The notes below the pieces were generated by a model. The model saw nothing but the letters and a program-made list of their open reading frames with translations. It made no database searches and was not told the DNA's origin. DNA of 63,528 bases, filler included, from Bigelowiella natans CCMP2755 (taxonomy: Eukaryota > Protista > Cercozoa): the NCBI GenBank assembly GCA_000320545.1. It is 4 parts of 4 records of this genome, joined end to end, with 100 filler letters (N's around TTAATTAATTAA, not from the genome) between each part and the next. Parts side by side here need not be neighbours in the genome. Positions count along the whole stretch, not along the records: positions 48,840 to 59,672 come from ADNK01003595.1; positions 59,773 to 63,528 come from ADNK01000804.1; 2 more parts are not named here. One strand, written 5' to 3'. Position numbers and translations under genes: made by a program. Below, piece after piece: positions 56,284 through 63,528 of the stretch; position 1 is the stretch's first letter; every line of letters starts with the position of its first letter.

Positions 56284-56367
56284 TTCCAGAAAAAATTCTG
56301 GAATCCCTCACGTGCTTCCAGAAAACATTCTGGAACATTCTGGAACATTCTGGAACATTCTGGAACA
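56284..56367. promoter_or_regulatory. Second HSE-like array, (CATTCTGGAA)4 plus TTCCAGAA units
   Basis: ACATTCTGGAACATTCTGGAACATTCTGGAACATTCTGGAA at about 56325-56365. Confidence 0.6.
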
Positions 56368-56451
56368 CCGATCTGGTTTCCCATAGTCAGGTCCCCAAAT
56401 TTAGGAACTTCGATCGACCGTGCTTTTAACTCTTCACCTTGCCCCACCTCT

Positions 56452-56774
56452 TGTGATGAGGCGAGCTACGTACACGTCCACGTCCCCCAATGGAGCTCTT
56501 CCCTGAGAGACGAAATTGCGGGCTGGGCTCCAAATACTGTTGGCTGGCTGGGTTGCAGCCATGCCAGATCGAGAAGGAATGCCGAAGAGAATACAGTCTG
56601 CCTTCGTGGGTCTGAAGGCATCATACTCTGGTCATAGCGACATTGTTCTTCCACACCTCCACACAGGGAAGGCAGTTTTTTTCTGTCTTATTTATTTTTA
56701 ATTTCGTAGGTATCTCGTAGTATATAGCCTTATATCTTGTTCTTGTTTTGTAGGTATCCTGTCTTTGTTCCACA
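56452..56774 (-). repeat. Candidate 3' LTR
   Basis: Begins TGTGG right after the PPT and contains TATA-like and AATAAA sequence on the minus strand. It ends ...ATCACA (56452) or ...CCAACA (56538). No second copy in the window. Confidence 0.5.
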
Positions 56775-57007
56775 TTCGCCCCCATGATTGTGCAGTGTCT
56801 GGAAGACAGACACTGTGCAATTATATAATCCATAGCGTAATTTACATTCGCCCCCATCGGAGCTGTGCACATAGCTGTGCATATAGTCCATAGTAAGATA
56901 CGCAAGGAAAGGTACACACATATAAAGATGTGTGCCATTAAAACCTTGCAGCCTATATGTTCATATGTTGTAGGTTTCTAGATGGACGTGGGGCTTTCAT
57001 AGGGCGA

Positions 57008-59668
57008 CTAAGCGGACGTGGGGCCGACAAGGCGAGGGAGCTTGTAAGGTAGAGTCTTTGTAGTTATTTTTCTTTTTCTGGTGCCTTGTAGCATGATGGT
57101 TAGTTTTTCTCTGTATGATATAGGGAACAAGAAATCACAGTGTTTCTTGTTGCTAGGTCCTGGTAGAGCCTTGGTAAGTATATCAGCGGGATTGTCCTCC
57201 CCAGGTATTTTGTTTATGCAGATCTGCTTGGTTTGATAGTTATCACGAACATTGTGATATTCTATCCTTATGTTCTTGCCTTTCTGTGTGAATCCAGGCT
57301 TGGCTGCAATGGAGATAGCTGCTTGAGAGTCACAATACACAGGTACAGGGTTCGGTATTTTCATTTTTAACTCCTGTAGTAACTGAGTGACATACACTAA
57401 CTCTCTGCATATATCTGATAATGCTATGTACTCAGCCTCGCCACTGGACATAGCAACGACCTTTTGCTTGTTGCTCTTCCAGACAACAGGTGCGTTGCTT
57501 AGCGATATGAAATATCCTGAATATGATTTACCCGTTTTCTTGCAGGTCTTCCAGGAAGCATCGACGTAGGCTTTAAGCTCAGGTTTGGACGCTGCTTTAA
57601 AGGTAATTCTTTTGTCCTTTGTGTTGACCAGATATTGTAGTAAGCGCACTGCAGCGATGTAGTGTATAGTTCTAGGATCTTGACTGTAGGAAGCTAGACG
57701 AGATAGAGTGTAGCAGATGTCTGGCCTAGTAGCCACCGCTGCATACATTGCTGCTCCTATGATGGATCTGTATGCCTTCTGATCTACTTTTTCATGTTCC
57801 ACGTATTCGTCTAACTTTGATCCTGTTATCATTGGTGTTTTTGCTCTTTTCGTAGGCGTGATATCATACTTCTGGGCGAGTCTGGTGAGGTAATCTTCCT
57901 GCGATATCCAATAGTTTCCCTCATTGTCGCTACCAACTCTTATGCCCAGTGTTTTCTTTAGCTCGCCTTCATCGCGAAACTCAAACTTGTCGCCTATTCG
58001 CTTCATGACAAAGTCCAGGTCTTTCTTATCTTGATATGCTATGCATATGTCATCCACGAAACATGACAATATGATGATTCTTCCTTGTCTGTGCATTATC
58101 ATTAGGCAAGGATCGGAGTAAAGCTGGACGAAGCCAATGGCGTTGAGATGCTCGAGCAAGGTAAGGCTGAATATTGCACTTGCTTGTGTCAGCCCATAAA
58201 TGCTTTTATTTACCAGTAGGGCTAGTGGAAGGCCACTGTTGTATAGCCGGATTTCATCAGGTGTCTTCGGCTTCCACCCTTTAGGTATTTCCATGTATAC
58301 TTTACAGTCCATCTTTCCAGTTAGGAAAGCTGTAAGTATATCTATCCCGTGTAGTTTTAGCTTGAGGATAGATGCTATGGCTAACATTATCCGAAAACTA
58401 TTTAGGGACAACGTCGGGGAATAAGAGAAGAAGGAGTCTTCTCCCGGGATCTGCGTGAACCCTCGCGCGACCAGCCTTGACTTATACCGAATGGTATAGT
58501 CTACATTTATTTTCTTCTTGAATACCCATTTAGATGTAACGAAATTTGTATCCTTAGGTCGCACTACCAGCGTAAACGTTCCAAGTTTTCGAAGCTGGTG
58601 CAGTTCCTCTTCCGTAGAAGGTATCCAATGCTTCTTATCATCTCCTGTGATTGCATCGTCATACGTCTTAGGAAGGTCCTCGATCTCATGTACTGATGGA
58701 GCTTTTATATTCATCAGGCGGTCGTAATAGCTACCAAGTATTCCGTAACGAATACCAGGTACTCCCCTATTTTCTCTATTCGACCTTCGAGGCTTACTTT
58801 TTGCTTTTGTTTCAGGCCCACCATCCTCTGGCAACTCGTCAGTTGCACTGGATGGTTCGGGGGCGTCCGCGTCGGCAGGACCTTCTGGATAAAGGTACGC
58901 CAAAGCCGAATCACTAACTTTGTTTCTCTTCAGCGAAGGAAACTTAAACACTGTGTGGTACCATTTAGTTACACGGACTCTTTTAATTTTCAGCGTCTTC
59001 GTGGCGACGAGAAAAGTACCAAATCTATCGTCATATCCCAACATACGTACGTATTCACCTCTAGCACCCATACCACCTGCAGGTCGGAGTTCCTTGTCAA
59101 TGTGGTTTACTCCGATGCATCCCCAGGTAGTTAGATTCTTTAGATTTGGTTGCTCATGGTGCAGTAGTTCTTTAGGCGTTTTTCTACCAGGTGTGCTGCG
59201 ATGTGAGGTGACGTTGTGGAGATATGCTGCAGTCTGAGCTGCGTAGGACCAGTATCCGACCGGTAAGCGTGCATGTTCTAACATAGCTCTTGTTTTCGCC
59301 ATGATAGTCTGTATGTGACGCTCGGACATTCCATTTTGCTCAGGTGTTCGGGCGGTGCTAGGAACCCATTTTATTCCTTCGGAGGTGAGCCAGCTATGTA
59401 GCTTTGCGCTCATATATTCACCTCCACCATCCGATCTGAATTCGTCTATGCTTCCACAACCTGGAAGCTTTCTGATGTGCTTTATGAACTGTATGGTTTT
59501 CTGCGTAACTTCGCTTTTCTTTCTCAAGAGCTCCAAGGTAACCCACCTTGTTCCTTCATGTACGAATATTACGAAATACTTGTAACCATCCATGCTGTTA
59601 GGCATGGTCTTTACATCAGAGTGAATTCTATTCCACATCCCGGTTTTTCTTGTGGATATCAGGTACAC
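57008..59668 (-). CDS. pol: Copia Pol (integrase, reverse transcriptase, RNase H), uninterrupted
   Basis: IN motifs RIHSD, FRSDGGGEY and TPEQNGMSER. RT motifs SKWVFKKK, YKSRLVARGFTQ, DILTAFL, KSIYGLTQA and FVDD. RH motifs YVDASW, EAEYIAL, YCDSQAAI and NPADILTKAL. Confidence 0.95.
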   Translation of the reverse strand: MYLISTRKTGMWNRIHSDVKTMPNSMDGYKYFVIFVHEGTRWVTLELLRKKSEVTQKTIQFIKHIRKLPGCGSIDEFRSDGGGEYMSAKLHSWLTSEGIKWVPSTARTPEQNGMSERHIQTIMAKTRAMLEHARLPVGYWSYAAQTAAYLHNVTSHRSTPGRKTPKELLHHEQPNLKNLTTWGCIGVNHIDKELRPAGGMGARGEYVRMLGYDDRFGTFLVATKTLKIKRVRVTKWYHTVFKFPSLKRNKVSDSALAYLYPEGPADADAPEPSSATDELPEDGGPETKAKSKPRRSNRENRGVPGIRYGILGSYYDRLMNIKAPSVHEIEDLPKTYDDAITGDDKKHWIPSTEEELHQLRKLGTFTLVVRPKDTNFVTSKWVFKKKINVDYTIRYKSRLVARGFTQIPGEDSFFSYSPTLSLNSFRIMLAIASILKLKLHGIDILTAFLTGKMDCKVYMEIPKGWKPKTPDEIRLYNSGLPLALLVNKSIYGLTQASAIFSLTLLEHLNAIGFVQLYSDPCLMIMHRQGRIIILSCFVDDICIAYQDKKDLDFVMKRIGDKFEFRDEGELKKTLGIRVGSDNEGNYWISQEDYLTRLAQKYDITPTKRAKTPMITGSKLDEYVEHEKVDQKAYRSIIGAAMYAAVATRPDICYTLSRLASYSQDPRTIHYIAAVRLLQYLVNTKDKRITFKAASKPELKAYVDASWKTCKKTGKSYSGYFISLSNAPVVWKSNKQKVVAMSSGEAEYIALSDICRELVYVTQLLQELKMKIPNPVPVYCDSQAAISIAAKPGFTQKGKNIRIEYHNVRDNYQTKQICINKIPGEDNPADILTKALPGPSNKKHCDFLFPISYREKLTIMLQGTRKRKITTKTLPYKLPRLVGPTSA

Positions 59669-59672
59669 ATTT

Positions 59673-59772
59673 NNNNNNNNNNNNNNNNNNNNNNNNNNNN
59701 NNNNNNNNNNNNNNNNTTAATTAATTAANNNNNNNNNNNNNNNNNNNNNNNNNNNNNNNNNNNNNNNNNNNN
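59673..59772. other. Artificial 100-bp assembly spacer
   Basis: N-run with TTAATTAATTAA. Confidence 0.97.
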
Positions 59773-59817
<45 letters not shown>

Positions 59818-60009
59818 TACGTACATAATATGAACAATGGCCCAGCGTCTCAGTACATCCACGATTCCCACTTGTCAATCGCCGCTATCATCGCAGCAAT
59901 CATCGTCGTCACCCCCCGCCCATTCTCCTCCTCACCACCATCACCATCACCATCGCCGTGACGACCATCATGATCTCTCATCGCCTTGCTTGTGCGGTGC
60001 TGTTGTCAG

Positions 60010-60623
60010 TGTTCCTTGTCCCCATTGGCCTCATGTACGGGGCCAGAGGCGGCTTCACGGCCGAGTCGTTCTTCCTCTTCGTCGGGCATAGCCTCATCCC
60101 AGTGACCTTTGGGAACATGATCGGCGGCGCGGTCTTCGTCTCCATGCTCTACCACGTGTACCTCGGCCCCGTGCCGTTCGGCAATAACGCCCCCCGTGCA
60201 GGCCATCAGCCCCATGGCGGGGGCCACGGAGGGGTACTCGCGAATTACAAGAATCACATGCAGCAGCAGCTGCAGCTGCAACTGCTGCAGCAGCAGCAGC
60301 AGCAGCATCACGGCAGCCTCCCGACGCAGGGGGGGGGGCATTATCACAACCACTATGGCCATCAGCCCCCGCCCGTGCACCCCCACCATGGAGACGGGAG
60401 TCAGGGCCATGCGAAGCCAGGGAGGGAGGGGACCGTGTCGGTTTTGGTGGAGCAGGTGATTCGGCATAACGACGCTGCCGCCTCGAAGGAAGATCGGAGG
60501 AGCCTTCAGCAGGAGGAGGCTCTGGCGGGGGGGGAGCGAAGAGTGACTCGAGGAGGAGGAAGGGGATATTGTCGTAGTACTACTAGTAGTAGTAGTAGTA
60601 GTAGATGTTTGCGGTTTCGATGA
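60010..60623 (+). CDS. Formate/nitrite transporter (FNT/NAR1 family), C-terminal exon with Q/H-rich tail
   Basis: After the acceptor at 60009: FLVPIGLMYGA...SLIPVTFGNMIGGAVFVSMLY, matching the FNT NLIPVTLGNIVGG motif. The true 3' end is uncertain. Confidence 0.7.
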
Positions 60624-60712
60624 TGAAGGGGGGGGAGGGGTGGACAAGGGAAGGTGTGGATGGGGGCTGATAGTCACCATATCCACCTAGCAGGAGGAGG
60701 CTGAGAGCGATC

Positions 60713-60812
<100 letters not shown>

Positions 60813-60918
60813 TGGGTGGCATCGGTTACCGGTTAAGGGACCATCGTGTTTGGTAATTTTAAATCAAACATCCCCAGTGTGTGTGTGTGTATTATCGCGA
60901 ACTCGGTGGCGGCACGAG

Positions 60919-60957
<39 letters not shown>

Positions 60958-62582
60958 TCTCTTTTACATCTCGAAGAAGTGCGTCGTTGCGTATTGAGCG
61001 CAGCCAAAGCCGTTCTCAATACGGACGTACATTATCAATTGCGAAAAGACCAACTGCCTCCAAGAATAAAGAGAAGTAGCAGCGTTATAATATATATATA
61101 TATACATATTTATAATATATTATATATTTAGATCGCAAGTAGTCGAATTATGAATTCAGTAGAGCACATTCTTAGTTTGAAGTGTTCGTTATTCTGGTAA
61201 TAACACTATTCCTCATTCGTTATTTCGGAATTAAGTCGTCATCATCAACAGCTAAAATCTAAAGCGCCCACTCACGACTACTTGTATACATGATCATTGC
61301 ATCCCATGTTTCGATTCGTTGCGCTGCCCGGCCAAAGCTTTCAGTTGACATGCGGTCGCAGCCAATGATTGTGTTGTGCTTCTGGTATGAGATCATGGAC
61401 AAAGTAGCACAATGTGTACACAGCATCCATCGTTGAGACGGATGTGATGATCGAATGGTCAAATCCTTTCAATTTTGATCCTGATGCAGCTTTGTGTGCA
61501 TGCTAGCATGAGCAGTGAGGAGCATAGCAAGATGAAAACCAATTGCGCATGTGATGTGCTTTCACGCTGTGCTTCCCATGCACGCAGCATGGTGTGTTCC
61601 TCTTGTCACACAAGCAAGTTCACCGGCCTTGTGCTCGCCAGGAAAACACTCGGTTGCCCTTTTGTTGTCTAGCACACAGTTGTGTCGCCATTCTAGCGAT
61701 CAATCTGGTGCAAAACACCCTCTATCGCTCGCGATGCCATTGTCGCATGCACGCACATGCACAAGCTATATAGCAAGTTAGCAAGCTAGCAAGTCTGCAT
61801 CATCATCGTTGTTCATACGCACACGCGAGCATGTCGCATTTTGTAGCAGCAGCAGCACATTGCTAGCTAGCTAGATGCGTGCGCAAAAGCATGTGCTGTT
61901 TGCTCGCATATCTATGTACACACTCTATCATACTTGCACGTTTGCATGGATGGTAGCATGCATGTGAACTGTGTTTAATGATATCTATTATTTTACCGTA
62001 CGTCTCAAAATGACAACACTGTTAGAGACTGTCATCATAGCTACAAGAGGCTTCATGCATGCTAGCGCATGCCGGTATGCCATCATGTTTTGCTAGTTTG
62101 CTCGTAATTTCGACATCCACTGCCGCACGCCGTGTATGAGACTCGTGGTCATCTCCCTCTCCCCCCCCCCCCCTCTCCTTTTCTTGCTTGTATACAGTAA
62201 CAATCTATAAATCAAGCAATTACTGACTGTATGGCTGCATGCATGCTAGCACGGCTAGGCGGCGGTAGTGTTATATATTGATGGTTATTAGATGATTGAT
62301 GGCCTTGGGCAAGTTCTTACTTTCGGCTGATGATCGGTATACTTTGGCGAGGGCGTCGGGCTCTACGCGTTCTATGCGACGACTATTTTCCGTCGGCATC
62401 CTGCGTGCAGCTGCCAAGGTTGACCTTATTGCGGAGTACCTTTCTGGGTGTGATCTTCCGAGACCGCCTCGCCCCACCAGCGATGGTTCGGGTGGGTAGG
62501 GGCCGGGAATACGTTGGTTTGAACGGCCAGCCTCCCCTCTCATCTGCTGCTGCTGCTGCTGCTACCTTGCTCCACTCTGCTG

Positions 62583-62815
62583 CTACAGCGAGATGAAGTG
62601 CTTGTACTTAGCGAACTTCTCGAGCAGGGCACCGACGAGGCCGATGGACAGCCAGAACATGCAGTTCAAGGCCATGTTGATGAGTCGCACGGGGTTCCAG
62701 ATGATCTTGTAGAAGCCCCGGCATCGCTTGGGGAACAGGCTCTTGATACTTCGCTGCATGCCGATGTAGCACTCCGAGCCGAGCCAGTTGGAGGACTCGT
62801 AGAAGTCCCGCCCCC
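62583..62815 (-). CDS. Terminal exon of an unidentified gene
   Basis: Polypyrimidine+CAG acceptor, then a GC3-rich frame RDFYESSNWLGSECYIGMQRSIKSLFPKRCRGFYKIIWNPVRLINMALNCMFWLSIGLVGALLEKFAKYKHFISL*. Confidence 0.45.
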
Positions 62816-63484
62816 TGAGAAGAAGAAGAAGAAAAAGGCGGAGGAGGAGGGGGGCAAAGGGATGAGGGGGTGAGAAGATGATGAGAGGGTAACAACAACA
62901 ACAACAACAACAACAACAAAACCAAAACGACGACGACGACGATAGAGCTCCAACCGGCAACTCCTGCAGTCGAGAAGGATTCCGCAGCACGAGCAGCTTT
63001 GAGATCCGTTCACCACTGGCCTGTAAAGCTGAGGGAGAAGAGAAGAGGAGGAGGAGGAGGAGGAGGAGGAGGAGGAGGAGGGAGACGAGGAGAAGAAGAG
63101 GAGCAGCTGGAATAAGCGACGCCATGTTTGCGGCACGATTTGGAAGCAGCAATTATCCTGCACAGTGATAGAGTGGGAAGGGGGGGGGGGGGGGGGGATG
63201 ACATGTACCTCTGCTCGCACCGGATTTTGATACCGCACCAAACTGGACAGGATCAGCAATATGCCCTCGATTGCAAGTCTAAGAGGATGAAGGTGATGAT
63301 TATAATGATAATGATGATGATGAAGGGGGATGCTCGGAGTTGAGAAGCAAGGCTATACAAGATCCAAGAGACAACGAACGCACGGGTGTGTTAGACAACG
63401 AACGCACGGGTGTGTTGTGTGGTGGCGGCTATGTAATCAACACTTCAGCAGCTAGTGAGCTGCGCGCGCCACGTGTGTGTGTGC

Positions 63485-63518
<34 letters not shown>

Positions 63519-63528
63519 GGGAGGGGGG

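Larger units (their letters stand above)
56452..59672 (-). mobile_element. Ty1/copia LTR retrotransposon, 3' part (5' end lost in gap)
   Basis: Integrase-RT-RNaseH domain order. A PPT-like GGGGGCGAA is followed by TGTGG (LTR start at 56774). The LTR end is uncertain (56452 or 56538). Confidence 0.9.

Noticed and set aside
51571-56368. Dense overlapping ORFs on both strands suggesting overprinted genes
   Set aside because: Loss of TpA removes TAA and TAG stops in all frames. The 55.5-56.4 kb ORFs also read through the 10-bp repeats.
50885-56422. Candidate TIR pair CACGATCGA / TCGACCGTG bounding the ParB element
   Set aside because: Only 8 of 9 bases match and there is no target-site duplication; insufficient support.
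63369-63416. 24-bp perfect tandem duplication AGACAACGAACGCACGGGTGTGTT
   Set aside because: Isolated two-copy duplication with no further structure; may be an assembly artefact.

Overview
Intron-rich, microsatellite-rich eukaryotic (protist-like) nuclear DNA. It consists of four contigs joined by three artificial 100-bp N/TTAATTAATTAA/N spacers. Recognisable genes: the 3' part of a KIF-binding protein, an intronless secreted protein with a possible amidase/PGRP-like C-terminus, an intronless pyrimidine-dimer DNA glycosylase-like gene, an ABCC/MRP transporter, Rab8, an NRAMP transporter, an ankyrin-coiled coil-kinase-RING/Rcat gene, a giant SPRY/UBL/UBA/SAM BIRC6-like E2, a formate/nitrite transporter exon and a young Ty1/copia element. 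The main unexplained signal is a regional TpA-to-CpA/TpG (A:T>G:C) hypermutation, opposite in direction to fungal RIP. Kilobase domains (about 27.2-28.95 kb and 51.6-54.8 kb) are almost free of TpA, and most survivors are in CTAG/TAG context. Duplicated introns and a hairpin indicate the direction of change, and a weaker imprint appears between convergent gene pairs. Inside the largest domain is a spliceable, stop-free 5-exon gene encoding ParB/Srx + amino-methyltransferase-like + PHD-like domains, with heat-shock-element arrays upstream. All counts and alignments were done by eye and no database searches were run.
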